In this document: one piece after another, positions 1-13,178 of the stretch
Layout: each line of letters starts with the position of its first letter
Numbering within the stretch: the stretch's first letter is position 1
From: Octopus vulgaris
Taxonomy: Eukaryota
Assembly: GCA_951406725.2 (NCBI GenBank)
Contig: OX597818.1
Coordinates: forward strand, 112,344,001 to 112,408,000
Direction: 5' to 3'
Length of the DNA stretch: 64,000 nucleotides
Translations under genes and position numbers: made by a program
Notes under the pieces: generated by a model
Seen by the model: the letters and a program-made list of their open reading frames with translations, nothing else
Database searches by the model: none
Told to the model about the DNA's origin: nothing

Positions 1-90
1 GATGATGGCTGGCGGGTATATCAGCCGAAAAGTTGTGTTAACAACAAACAAATATCCGTCAAATGTAAATACTGTAAATAATGTATATAT
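1..90 (+). mobile_element. Partial Penelope-type repeat (family A) with hammerhead-like motif
   Basis: (ct)GATGA-tggctgg...tcagcc-GAAA-agttgtgt, then aaatatccgtcaaatgtaaata. Same family as 1940-2460 and 21080-21950. Confidence 0.6.
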
Positions 91-808
91 AACAAATAGA
101 TCCTGCCAAATAATATATGTATATAGTAGCGAATTGTAAATTTTCCTTTCTCAAATTTTTAGGAAAACGTCACAATCACCATACGACATTACATCTAAAG
201 CGTCAGTACTAAAGGAACCCTCATATATTATAATTTTACGTACTGTGGTTGTCTGTCAGGAATATTTGGGTCTTTCCAAGTCTGTTAAGCATGCCTCTAA
301 ATATCCAGCACACTTTTATACATTAGATGTTTAATATACAAACAGAATTTGCACAAGGAATTCCTTACAGTGTTCAATATTTACAACTCATATTATTCTT
401 AACAAGGTGATATATTTTACACTTCATGTGTTTCTTTGGAAATTTATATAACCACATTCATTGTATGCCCCCTATACATTTCTTTTGCAATCGTTTCATA
501 CATAATTGCGTGATATCATAATGTTTACAGGCGAAAATTATTCTTAACAATGTATAAACAACCTTGAAATTTTAAAAATATTTCATGAATTTTTATACAA
601 AGTTTTCTTGCTTGAGGAAAATGTGAGAAGCTTATATACAAACTGGATAATGTATTCGAAACTAGATACAATAAAGATAAACTTAATGATTGTGTTTGTA
701 AATTAAATATGAAATATATACTGATATTTTGTTGTAAACAGGTAGATGAAACATTTCCTCGAATAATGTGTATATTAATAAAAGTCTGATATAATCATCA
801 AAGAAAAG

Positions 809-885
809 ATGATATATGTGGCCCTCATATTAAACTACTTCATTATTGCAGCAACGAGTGTGTGTGCTGATGCAATATGTAATAA
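809..885 (+). CDS. Candidate first coding exon with signal peptide (MIYVALILNYFIIAATSVCADAICN-)
   Basis: ATG at 809, open hydrophobic stretch with a V-C-A|D cleavage-like site, and a consensus donor gtaagt at 886-891 (phase 2). No homology recognised. Confidence 0.35.
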
Positions 886-1388
886 GTAAGTAATAAATTG
901 AATGAAAAGCGGATGACGAAATTGCCTTTAATAATGTCGATAGTAATCTATTCTCCGATTTCGTGAAGCTAGATCTTGCAAACTCTATGTAATTTAATCA
1001 AATTGTCACATATATATGCGACTGTTGTTCGCAGAGACTTATTCTGACTAGGGAACTTTCTCGAATTACTTTCTCTACTTGCTGTATATTAAATGTAGTC
1101 TTAATGAAACGTGACAGACATATTAGAACCATGTCTGGTCATTTAAATCTAGAAAATTTTCCTCTTCTATTAGGGATAACATATATCTCTTCGTGGCTCC
1201 GAATAACTAATCGAATATTAAGAAATAATTGGCAGTTTCTATCAATTATCTGCTTCACATTTCTTTCTATTTTTTTTTTTTGTGGGGAATGGAAACTTAT
1301 GAAAATTTTTCGTTTTCTTAAAATTAAACATAGAGTAGTACCACGGTTTTCGAACAACTCTGATCACGAATAAATCGTGCTCTCACTC

Positions 1389-1470
<82 letters not shown>

Positions 1471-1939
1471 TATATACATATATATAAAGCACGATTTATT
1501 CATGATGGGAGGCGTTCGTAAACCGAGGTACTACTGTATCAAATGAATATGAGAAAGACAGGAGATAATGTACGTTAAATTCGTGATCAGAGTTGTTCGA
1601 AAATCGAGTTTCTAGCGTATTTATGTTTTCTTTGCCAAGCAATATGAAACTATTTGACGATTAAAATTAAGTTAATTTAATTGAACATTAAGTGTGTAAG
1701 ATATCAATATCCTGTACACTCATGAGAATTTTGTCCAAGTTTTCCACATCATTTTATTCAAGGTTACATCAAAATATTACCTAAATGAATATTTTTGGTG
1801 AATGAGAAAAATGTTGCTGCCTTATACAAAAATGTATAAATTTTACTCTTTCAAATGTTTTGGCGCAAGACATGTGGCCATACATGATCATCACCTAAAA
1901 AAGAAATTTACTGAATTATAAATTGTCAATGATAAATGT

Positions 1940-2093
1940 CAACATTATTTACATTATTTACATTTCACGGATATTTTTCCGCATCTTGTTTGTTTGTTAA
2001 CACAGCGTTTCGGTTGACATACCCTCCAGCCTTCATCAGGTGTCTTGGGAAATTAGGAACCTGGGTTCACATTCCTAAGGTATTTTAAATGGA

Positions 2094-2158
<65 letters not shown>

Positions 2159-2225
2159 GGCGTAGTGGTTAATAACGCGGGCTACTAACCCCAAAATTCC
2201 GAGTTCGATTTCAGGCAGTGTCCTG

Positions 2226-2293
<68 letters not shown>

Positions 2294-2460
2294 CAACAAC
2301 ATCGAAAAATATCTTAGGAATGAGAAGCCAGGTTCTAATTTTCCCAAGCACACCTGAGGAAGGCTGGATGTTTTGTTAACAACACACAAGATGATGACAA
2401 ATATCCATCGAATGTAAATAATGTAAATAATGTACATAATTCTTCATCTCTTAAATATGG
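1940..2460. mobile_element. tRNA-headed, hammerhead-bearing Penelope-type element with an inverted upstream copy
   Basis: Minus-strand copy at 1940-2157, tRNA-like head at 2159-2228 (ggcgtagtgg...gagttcgattt), (AAT)n, then a plus-strand copy at 2300-2460. Confidence 0.6.
2000..2043 (-). ncRNA. Minimal hammerhead ribozyme-like motif
   Basis: Minus strand reads acac CTGATGA a ggctgg..tcaacc GAAAC gct gtgt. Stem I is acac/gtgt and the core is intact, but the cleavage triplet is GCU instead of GUH. Confidence 0.6.
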
Positions 2461-2695
2461 CACGATAAATATGAATTTTACAAAATATTAAACTAGAGTA
2501 TTTATGAAATTCCCATTAATGAATTTTCATAGCCATGCAATTTAAATATCTGCTCATTCCCAAGAGCATTTGCTTTGTCAAAGAAGAATTCGAATCAAAA
2601 AATTGCCTCGAATTGAGGGAACCACAATTGAATCACATTTCCGCTTGCGTCTTTCTCAGGACACTTGAAAATGATAATTGTGTGCGAGAACTTAC

Positions 2696-2911
2696 CTGAT
2701 TTGCATTAGAAATGTATACCCTTCGTAGTACCACTACATTCGTATGTTTATACCGAAGTACATTCATTAGGTTTACAACATATTTCTCATATTTCTCATA
2801 ATCTCTCATTTTCAGTAATGTGTTTGGCATGAAGTTATGATTCAAACTAAGAATATTTTGTGTAACAATCAAAATCCAAAAGATAGTCCACACGGTACAT
2901 TGACCGAAGGA
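2696..2911 (-). CDS. Candidate 216-nt phase 0-0 exon (SFGQCTVWTIFWILIV...YVVNLMNVLRYK...NANQ)
   Basis: ttag acceptor, 72 open codons and a CAG|gtaagt donor. Loose resemblance to an M12B metalloprotease N-terminus (inference only). Confidence 0.25.
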
Positions 2912-3049
2912 CTAACTCGTTTGGGGAAAATAATCAATATAAATTTTTTTTAAATCCTAATAAATTTTATGGCAGGTATATTATTATTGTTGTTGCTAGC
3001 AGTATAAAATATTACGTTTATTTCAATTCCATTTAATTTTTCATTTCAG

Positions 3050-3113
3050 AGTTGGTACCGAATCCATAATAGAAGTTTTCCTTTTGGCCAAAAGAAAAAT
3101 TAAATTTTCTCAT
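3050..3113 (+). CDS. Candidate internal exon (-VGTESIIEVFLLAKRKIKFSH)
   Basis: Strong acceptor tttaatttttcatttcag and donor gtaaga. Only the phase-2 frame is open, matching the phase of the 809-885 donor. Confidence 0.3.
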
Positions 3114-3396
3114 GTAAGAGGAATGTACAAGAATGTATTCGAATTTCATTATTGAAGTGAAACAATATACGTACATATATTCTATTTGTGGTGAAGATTC
3201 CATAATAAATGCGACACCAGAATATAGTGTCGTATTTCGGAATAAATACGGAGAGAACCGAATAGAATTTCTGTAAAATAAATGAGAAATTCAAAGCCGG
3301 GAAAACTGCAGAGAATATCGTGCACGAATATGTATTGATAGAATTTCAAAAACATTGTTACGTCACTTAATGTTTTAAATATGTTAGTAATATTTA

Positions 3397-3444
<48 letters not shown>

Positions 3445-4048
3445 TAATAAAAATAAGAAAATAGAGAAACAATTTGGTTTTTTCATCAACTTACGGATAT
3501 TATAATGTTGGATTATTTATTCATTTTACAAATGAGAACATCAAAAGCATACAAAAATATTATATAGATCAATAGATAAGATAATACAAAAACAGATTTT
3601 AAAAGTCTTGTATAAATTAATGAAATCCTAAAAATTACTTCTTACAGCTGTTTCAGCCTATGTTCAAATATATATATATATATATACCAATGTATATGTA
3701 CGTGTACATGCATATGCATACGTATATATGTATGGCTCTATGTATGCATGCACGTAAGGCTGTATAGCTACAAGAATATTGCATAGATCGTAGACCTGGT
3801 AATCTCTACAGTTCAACCCGGGCATTGTCCGCATTGAAAGATCATATATCTTTGTATTAAGGACATGTTATTAGAATGTTGATGAAAAAGGAATCATACA
3901 ATGCATTCATGAAGCCGAACCAATAAACAAGGCTTCTATTGTTAAACCATTTATGAGATGACTAGATAATACCCGTAGTCTAATTTGGTCTCTGTTAGGG
4001 ATCAACAGAAGATAAATGTCTCATATACATATATATACATATATATAA

Positions 4049-4352
4049 ACTGCAAAGCTTGGGTTTCAGAAGTCCACAGCTCTTCAATATCCTCCCTAAA
4101 TGCCTGAGAGACTTGCAATGTGTGGATGTGTGTTTCTTTAAAACTAAACTGGATCACTTCTTGTCATAGGTTCCAGATGAAACTACTTCTCAGCAGGAAA
4201 CACAGATGCGGGCAGTGGCGTGGAACTCCCTTGTTGATCAAGTGCCACGTATCAGAGGTGGTTTCACACACTAGTGTTGCTCATTCAACGGTGGTGTCCC
4301 AGCATGGCCGCAGCCTTCGGGCTGAAACATTTTTAAGGATTTAAGGATTTAA
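4049..4352 (+). mobile_element. 3' end of a CR1/L2-type LINE in (TA)n
   Basis: Near copy of 62680-62981. Encodes ..QLFNILPKCLRD..FKTKLD.. and has the 3'UTR cagccttcgggctgaaaca with a (ttaaggat)n tail. Confidence 0.7.
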
Positions 4353-4531
4353 ATATATACATATATATATATAGGTAAACCTTCATGGGAATAATTGATA
4401 AATACCTATACCCTCCGGAACAGGATGAACTATAACGAATCTTAAGCTTCGTACCTTGCTCCACATTTCTCTATATCACATTTGTCTCTACATGAGTCTA
4501 TATATTCTCTTATTTATACGATTTATATTTC

Positions 4532-4619
4532 GTCTCCGATGATGGAATACCCTCTATATGGAAATCTTGATCGGCACATTGATCAGTTACCTGGCCTATC
4601 CGAGAAATACCCGTAAGGC
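4532..4619 (+). ncRNA. Degenerate hammerhead-like motif in a Penelope-type remnant
   Basis: gtct CCGATGA ... GAAAt accc GTA aggc, the same architecture as 15772-15821. Confidence 0.4.
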
Positions 4620-4728
4620 ACTATAATATTACTTTATTATATTTTTTTTACTTTGCTTCATCATTAACCTAATTTAAATGAAATGATAAGCTGGTCCTGT
4701 CCTGATATTATTTTCCTGTTCTTAAAAT

Positions 4729-5143
4729 TATACATTCTGACTCTGATCCCTCGTCCTCTCCCTACTTATATATATATATATAAGCATATATATGTGTGTG
4801 AGTGTGTTCGCAACGGGGCCTGGAGTTGTGGCACCCACCGTCCAGTAGGGAGAGGACGAGGGATCAGAGTCAGAATGTATAGCAACAACAATAATAATAT
4901 ACCTGCCATAAAATTTATTAGGATTTAAAAAAAATTTATATTGATTATTTTCCCCAAACGAGTGCTGGTGTTGGCGTTGGTGCTGGTGTTGGCGGATCCC
5001 TAGTCCTCTTCCTACTGGACGGTGGCTGCCACAACTCCAGGTACCGTTGTGAACACACTCGCACACACACACAAACATATATGCTATATATATATATATA
5101 TATATATATCCGCCAACACCAGCACCAACGCCAACACCAGCAC
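4729..5143. mobile_element. Palindromic two-arm insertion between (TA)n tracts with templated fillers
   Basis: Inverted arms at 4784-4865 and 4995-5085. Perfect IRs 4729-4766/4844-4881 (38 bp) and 4962-4997/5108-5143 (36 bp). 4880-4963 is the perfect reverse complement of 2915-2998. Confidence 0.8.
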
Positions 5144-6804
5144 CGACAGCACCAGCCCCAAATCCACCAGTGACAACACCTCCGGTGGCCTAATCGATAA
5201 CGGTGGCAGCACCAGCAGCAACAATAGCACCAACAACAGTAGCACCTAGATATTAGATACTTCTGAGTTATTATACTATGAAGCTAGGAGTTTCTATTAT
5301 TTTGTCCAAACTCTCTCTCTATATATATATAAATTGTTTAGTAAACAAAATATGCATCTTTATGGACTAGTAATACCTTCATGCGATAAAGACGTCTCAG
5401 ACAGCATTTCAAAATACGTCTGGTGCCTTTAGGCAACCTCCAGGTTATTCCCACATGACATATACAAGCTAAAGCTGGACAATAGAATAAGAGAAAATAC
5501 GAGTAAATGTGAGTTTCTCTTGCGGAACTTTCGATGTTGGAATACTGGAATGTTCTGCTAGCCTGGATCCTGGATGATGTGCTAGTGTGGCAATAGCGAA
5601 GATTATAATTATTCCTTCATTTCTCTCTGTTTGTCTGTCTGTCTTTTTGTATATATGAATTTTGAAAGACTACAAGATGAAAAACTATGTGCGATCATGA
5701 GATGTGTGGGTGTGATCGAGGAAAATATAGAGATAAAGGACAATGAACAAGAAAGATAGAGCCAAATTGATTGAGATACTGGGAATGCTTTGAATAACTA
5801 ACGTGTAAGCAACTGCACTTGAAGTGGGAAAATAGTTTTAAGTATGTATGCGATGTTTGAATATCGGTGTTGTTATCTCTGAAATAATGAGAGTGTCAAA
5901 AGAATGAGATTGTGTAAATATTGTATAATATGCGCCGATAATATAAACTCGTGTTTTTTTTTTCTTTTTATCATTTAGAAAGAATTTTTATATTGTTTGT
6001 ATTACTCTAGAAAAGATATCATTATATTCGGAAATAGAAAAAAATAATACTAGCTAAATTACATTCTCCCATTTGAGATGATTCTGAGACAAGATCATAG
6101 TATAGAAAAGCAGAATAATTAAATTACATCACAATTGCTTTATTTTCGTGAATATATGTTCAAGATGTATCATTTCTGTAATGGTATAGATTATTATTAT
6201 ACGAGACAGGTTGGATGTTTATATTTTCCCTGGTGATTTTTGTTGCGCTATCTAGAAAAAGGAAGTCCATTTTATCCGATCAAATCTTTGCATTATTTCG
6301 TTCAGAAATAAGCGCAGTTAAATGAATGTAATTTCATTGGGCTGGAGAATGCAGTGGAAAGGACAGGAGAAAAATCCATCGAGCATTAATAGTCGGGGAA
6401 GATACGCACATTAATGCATCAAATCTTCAATTGTATTGCATGATAATACAATAAAATCTAACAATACGTACAGATGCTTACACACACACACGCACGTACA
6501 CACTCCTACGCACAGATACACAAACACACATATACTCACTCACAAACACACACACATATACTCACATATAGTTATCTATATATCTATATCGATATGAATG
6601 CACATACGTATCTATCTGGGTACTGTATTGTATATATTTTGAGTGAAAGTATGTGAGGGGCAGGTTTCGAAATCTGATATGGCTATAAAAAAGCTCTACT
6701 TACCACCCAGATATATCCCTAGTCGAAACGCCAATCACTTAACTCGCTTCAGTCCATATCAATGGGTACACTTTGAACAGTGGTGCATAAACTAATTGTG
6801 CATA

Positions 6805-7661
6805 ACTAATTGCTTAATGTCTTTGCAGTAGAAACGCGCAGAGCACAACTTTAAATCCAATAGGAGGTAATTGACAGGAGAAATAATAATAATAAAAGAA
6901 AAAATATACAATTATACTAATCTCCGCATTCATTGCTGCAGTATTTTGTATACACACGGTAAAATATGCACAATCTACAGAAGCAAACCCTGGATATCCT
7001 CACCGGATAAATTACAGTGGGTTCTGTTTGGCTCAAGTAATTCTAGGTGCTCATTGCAACTTGATGTCGTTAGCCTTAACCTAGATTATAACTAAATGCT
7101 TGGATTGTACCTGTCTGGATATTATACCTATATATATATATATATATATATAATCAAAACAAGCAACAAGGATATCCAGAGGTAATGCAGTACGATCGTT
7201 TCATGCATCTCCATTTAATTGAACAATGCTATCATTACATCAATTTAAAATGTAGAGAAATCTTTAGCTGCACAAAGACATAGAATTTTTATTGAATTAG
7301 AACAGAGGGACACATTAGTATAATTATACCTAAAATCTCCAAGAAGTTAAGGAGATAGACAAAGAATATGTTGTACCTATAACAGTATAGCTGTTGCAGT
7401 TACGGCTATGTTGTTCTAGGTGTTGCAGCTATGCTGTTGTAGGTACAGCATATTCTTTTTCTATCTCCTTAACTTCTTGGAGATTTTAGGTATAATTATA
7501 CTAATGTGTCCCTCTGTTCTAATTCAATTAAATTCTACGTCTGAGCAGCTAAAGATTTCTCTACATTTTAAATTGATGTAATGATAGCATTGTTCAATTA
7601 AATGGAGATGCATGAAACGATCGTACTGCATTACCTCTTGATATCCTTGTTGCTTATGTTG

Positions 7662-7705
<44 letters not shown>

Positions 7706-8034
7706 TATAATATCCAGACAGGTACAATTCAAGCATTTCGTTATAATCTAGGTTAAGGCTAACGACATCAAGTTGCATTGAGCACCTAGAATTACTTGAG
7801 CTAAACAGAACCCACTGTAATTTATCCGGTAGGGATATCCAGAGATTGCTTTTGTAGATTGTGCATATTTTACCGTGTGTATACAAAATACTGCAGCAAT
7901 GAATGCGGAGATTAGTATAACTGTATATTTTTTTCTTTTATTATTATTATTATTATTTCTACTGTCAATTACCTCCTATTGGATTTAAATTTGTGCTCTG
8001 TGCGTTTCTACTGCAAAGACATTAAGCAATTAGT
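6805..8034. repeat. Long inverted repeat (arms about 590-610 bp, spacer about 32 bp), Penelope-type
   Basis: 6805-7393 is the reverse complement of 7426-8034 with scattered substitutions. Each arm has an internal (TA)n, and ORFs 6871+ and 7886- give near-identical peptides. Confidence 0.9.
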
Positions 8035-8620
8035 AGATGAGTGTTGGACACGAGCCTCCTTTGGAGCTGGTGAGTTATGCTTCCATTGCTTCGACTGGAC
8101 TTTAATCTTAGGATCATTATGATGGACCCATGTTTCATCCTGTGTGAAATTTCTGTCGCAAAACTCCTCCTCGTTTTCTCGGCACATTGCCAAAAGCGCC
8201 TGGTCTCAGCTGACTCGTGTCAGCATCTGGGGAATACATCGTGCAGACAACTTTGGTATGTGCAAATGGTTGTGAATGATTTCTTTCCACAGAACCTACA
8301 CTTATCTTCAATTCTTGGGCCAGTTGTTGAATAGTGTTGTGGCGATACTCCAAAATGGCGGTTTCCCCTTTATGGATGGTGTCATCAACAATGGCGGAAT
8401 ATGGTCGTCCTGGAATAGGAGCAGTTTCCACGGATATCAGACCACATTTGAACTTGTGATGCCAGTGCACCACTAAGTCGTATCATGGTGCAGCATCGTC
8501 ACGATAAACTTCTTCCATCTCATATCAGACTCTATTGGTATACGACCATTCAGGTATAAGAGCCTGATCACTGCTCTGCATTCAACCGCCTCTCTTATAA
8601 CACCTTGGTCCACTTCAGCA
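8035..8620 (-). mobile_element. Mariner transposase remnant (N-terminal HTH to the first catalytic D), frameshifted
   Basis: WHHKFKCG..SVETAPIPGRP, QLAQELKISVGSV, TQDETWVHH.DPKIKVQSKQW. Truncated at the long inverted repeat. Confidence 0.85.
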
Positions 8621-8887
8621 GCCATAAAAGACAAACGAATAATAGTGTAAAGCGGTAATTCACAATGTGACGTGTAGAGACGTATGGTTCTACCTGTACA
8701 AGATCCGTTTCCTGTAATAACTGGAAAAGTGTCAGGGGAATTTTAAATCAAATATTGGAACTCCTCTCTGCTGATAACCTTTTTCTTTTCGCCAAAAGTG
8801 TACAAGAATCTTGGAAGAATTCTGCTTGTCGTTACGTTACCGTATCCTGTTGGTAACGCTTTTATGGGATTAGAGAAAAAGAGAGAG

Positions 8888-8922
<35 letters not shown>

Positions 8923-9789
8923 AGTGGGAGCGAGAAAAAGTGTGAGAGAGAAGCTTCCATGACGTGAGGTAGAAGGAAGGTAATTATAACGCTTTCACAT
9001 GAATCGTTGAAAAGAAAGAGAGGAGAAAGTGAGTGGGGGAGTGGGAGGAGGAGGGAGAGACAGGGAAAAGAGACGATGATGGTAGTGGAGGTGGTAGTGG
9101 TGGAGACGCAAGTGGTGGCATTTAGATAGTGAAAAATGTATTTTTTTTTAAATAGAGAACGGAGAGAAAGGGGAGGGAGAAGTGGAGGGGGAGATGATGA
9201 TGGTGGTGGTAGTGGTGGTGGTGGAGATGGTGGTGGTTGATTTGGCTGTGGCGCGGGGATAGTGAAAGGTGTATCGTTTTTAAAAATTGATCTAAGTTCT
9301 TATATCACCAATCACTTAACGCATGCGCGTAAGTGCAATTCTGTGAAATAGTCACGCTTACTTACGTGGCAGTTATATGCAATTTAACTAAAGCTTGTAT
9401 CACATGTACAGCGTATTTGTCTTTTGGTTTATGGGAAACTGAAAAAAATAAAAGTGAATTTATTAAGTCTATAATATTGTGCATAAAGTATATAAAATAC
9501 ATTAAGCAATGGTCGTATTCCGATTTCTTTCATGTTCCAATGAGTAGCTGATGAGAGACAAACACAACACTGGCTACCTTTCAGGATAACGTTTACAGAG
9601 AAGCGTTCAGAAGGTTTTTTTGGATAAAGTTTACAGAAATAACCCAATAGGTTTGTTATTGATTCTGTGAAATAATCACAGGTTAGGATCAACATCGCAA
9701 GTATGAAAACAAGATCTGGAATCAAAGTGCCTTAAATTTAACTCAGCAAAGGCTGAAGTTCTTAGTAGCAACAAACGGGACGACACACT

Positions 9790-10780
9790 AATGCCTTCGA
9801 GTAAATTTCTCTGTTACACACATAGATGTAGGTAGACATTACATACTGTGTGCTCAGTGCGATCTATGGGTATATAAAATGAGCAGTGGAACCATAGGAA
9901 GGTTAACAGAGAAGGCAGAGTTTGCTTGCGGCAGATGTACAGGAGAAATATATGAGAGCATACGGAAAGCAGATGTGATGACAGAACCAGTTAGCTACCT
10001 AGAAGCAGCAGATAAATTCTGATATATACCTGACCTAATTAACTGTGGAGGATGATGCTCCGAAAATATAATTACTAGAATACGAATTGACAGGAGAGAG
10101 TTCAGAGATCTTTAACTTTTATTGGTAAGGAGAAATCTCTCTCCCAGGAGGAAAGGCAGATTGCATGATGTCCATGTGCGAACATGAATGCTGTATGGCT
10201 GTGAAACTTTGTGGTGAAGGTAGATGATAGCCAAGGCGGCGAGCTGGTAGAACTGTTAGCACACCGGGCGAAATGCTTTGAGGTATTTCGTCTGCCGCTA
10301 CGTTCTGAGTTCAAATTCCGCCGAGGTCGACTTTGCCTTTCGTCCTTTCGAGGTCGATTAAATAAGTACCAGTTACGCACTGGTGTCGATATAATCGACT
10401 TAGTCCGTTTGTCTGTCCTTGTTTGTTCCCTCTATATTTATCCCCCTTGTGGGTAGTAAAGGAATAGGTAGATGATAGGCAAAGTCTTGAAAGACATGAA
10501 ACAAGTAAGGTAGATTGATGTGCAAAGTCAGTGTGACTGTACATCAAACCGCATAGAGAAAAATCCTGGGCATAATAAGCATCAGATGTAGTGAGCAGGA
10601 GAGATGGTTGCACTGATATGGTCATATGTTGTAGATGGATAGAGACAACTGTATGATGTACCAATCACTGAATAGCGGAGAAGCATGTGGAATATACAGA
10701 CCCGGGATGCTGTGGGACGAAATGGTGAAGTAGGACAGCCAGATGTTGATTCTATCAGAGAAACTGAGGGACGTTTGAGA
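9790..10780 (+). mobile_element. Highly decayed RTE-clade LINE, RT C-terminal region, interrupted by a SINE
   Basis: Fragmentary CxxCxxW and CGRC motifs, LE..DKF.Y, and a terminal GR...W segment, with many stops. Confidence 0.5.
10231..10470 (+). mobile_element. tRNA-derived SINE family 1 (Deu/Nin-like central domain) with TSD
   Basis: A/B-box head (gagctggtag...gagttcaaattcc) and central gccgaggtcgactttgcctttcgtcc. aggtagatgatag is duplicated at 10218-10230 and 10466-10478. Confidence 0.85.
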
Positions 10781-11479
10781 TGAATGGTGTTATTCTGTGG
10801 CTCGGAAAACATTTTCATCTCAGCAATATTGATGTCCTGTCTGATCTTCCACAAAAGCTCGTCTTCTGAGACCTATTTATCTAACGATCCAATATGTTAC
10901 CCTATTTTCTTTCCTTCTGTCTACACTGAACTGATATCATCTGCGTCCAACTCATTCCCTATCATGTCTCACACTGTTTTCACTCATTGCACTTACCTAC
11001 ACATCTAACGTTTCTGCTTTTCAGTTCTATTCTGTCTCATATTCACGTTACATCTGGATCTCACTTCATTTTCTCTACCACACTTTTCTAGTCAGTAAGC
11101 CATGTATTCACCACTTCAGCATGGCAGCTACTTTTTGCTGCAAGTGTAAATCCATGGTACGCAGAATTGCCGGTTTTGATGAATGGGTAATCGAGTGGCA
11201 TACTATGTTGGAGTATGTGGTGAAGTATTTGACTGGCAGCAGTTTAAAGAAAGATAACAGCTGCGGTAGATATCTACACAATCACTGAACGTTGACTTTT
11301 ACGTCGACATAGAAATCTAAAACTGCAACGGACAATGAGTGAAGTACATCAGGAGCCAGTAAGAGAATGCATGCATATATATATACGTTTGTGTGTGTGT
11401 CTTCCCTTTGTGTGTTCGTACGTGTGTGTATGTGTGAGGGGGTGTCTCCATGTACTTTTAAATGTATTGACAAGTGTGT

Positions 11480-11505
11480 ATATCCGTATATGTATGTATA
11501 TGTAT

Positions 11506-11552
<47 letters not shown>

Positions 11553-11935
11553 CATACATACATATATACATGTATGTGCGTATGTTATATGTGTGTGTAC
11601 ACACACATAAGTATACATATATATATATATATGTCTATATATATGAATGTGTATTTATATGAATACATATATACAGGTATGTGCGCATGTTATATGTGTG
11701 TACACACACATATGTACATATATATGTGTGTATATATATATATATACTATATGTATATGCGTATGTATGTATATGCATATGTATATATATATGTGTGTGT
11801 GTGTGTCTATATATATGAACGTGTATTTATATGAATACATGCATACATACATACATACATACATACATACATACATACATACATACATACATACATACAT
11901 ACATACATACGCACACATGTATATATATATATATA
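11480..11935. repeat. Compound (TA)/(TG)/(CATA)n microsatellite
   Basis: Direct inspection. Confidence 0.95.
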
Positions 11936-12921
11936 CTAATATACACGAATGAGATAATGTAACATTTTCCCTTCAGACGGTAAACACGTTACATTTACAG
12001 CTAGAACATTTTAGCGAACATTTTAGAGAAAATCACTTTCTCGTTGTAACGAAATGTAATATAAAACATAAAAACTCTTCTAAAATGCATTTCTGTTTTC
12101 ACTGTTCCTTTTTTTGTTTTTTCGTATTATCTCTCTTTGAAGTAGACATACTGGAATTAAACTTCACAGTTTCAGCTATTGTCGTTATTCTTCATTGATA
12201 ATGTTTAAAGCTGTATAGCTGTAAGTGCTTGTTTTCCATATGTCAATGTTTTGTAATTTTGGTTTCTTCACGAATGATCTGGGAACCATTGTTGCAGATA
12301 GCGATAACATGAACAACGTGAAAACATACACTACGACCACAAAAATTATTTCAATGGAGCATATGAAGAGATACCGCTACGTTGAAATTCTCTTAGAGTG
12401 GAAACTAGGCAATCGTTATTTTATTCGCCGAACATTGTTACAAAACTACACCTGAAAGTCAAAGATATTAGTGAATAAGACTCGGAAAATAAGAACTGAA
12501 AACAGAAAATGATCAAAATGGCAAGTGACTTGAAAATGATAACATATGATGTTATATATAATGCCGGCATTAACAAAAGAGCAGTTCTTTTACAGAAACT
12601 CATACATCTAGATATAAAAATACAGGAAACTACGCATTGAATAAGTTGAATATATCAGGAACCGTAAGGCAAAACAATGTTCTAACGCAAGCCTCGCGTT
12701 TCTGCGTTCGGTTTTGCTGATATGGCTACAATAAACGGGAAGTAAAATAATGATAATGTTGTATCATAAATTAGCAACACGTTCACTAGTTTTGCTTCAG
12801 GTTTATTGTCGATTTGATCGATTCGCAACATATTCTATTATTGACAATTGTAACCAACATGAGATTTAAAATCAAAACGGTAAAAAAATAATTAACGTAA
12901 GTTTTCATCGTTCCCCCGTCC

Positions 12922-13010
<89 letters not shown>

Positions 13011-13012
13011 TG

Positions 13013-13086
<74 letters not shown>
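12922..13086. repeat. (AAT)n microsatellite
   Basis: Direct inspection. Confidence 0.95.
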
Positions 13087-13088
<2 letters not shown>

Positions 13089-13178
13089 GAGAGATATGAC
13101 AGGTTAGCTTGGGAAGTTAAGCAGTTGTGGTCGATGAAAAAGGTAGTAGTAGTACCAATAATTGTCGGAGCCCTGGGA
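13089..13178 (+). mobile_element. R4/Dong non-LTR element, restriction-like endonuclease C-terminal fragment
   Basis: ERYDRLAWEVKQLWSMKKVVVVPIIVGALG. It abuts an (AAT)n tract, the known Dong target. Confidence 0.75.

Noticed and set aside
2159-2228. tRNA gene
   Set aside because: It has A/B boxes but no complete acceptor stem or terminator, and recurs as a repeat head.
4995-5070. HDV-like ribozyme in the short inverted arm
   Set aside because: A nested double pseudoknot could not be assembled by eye.
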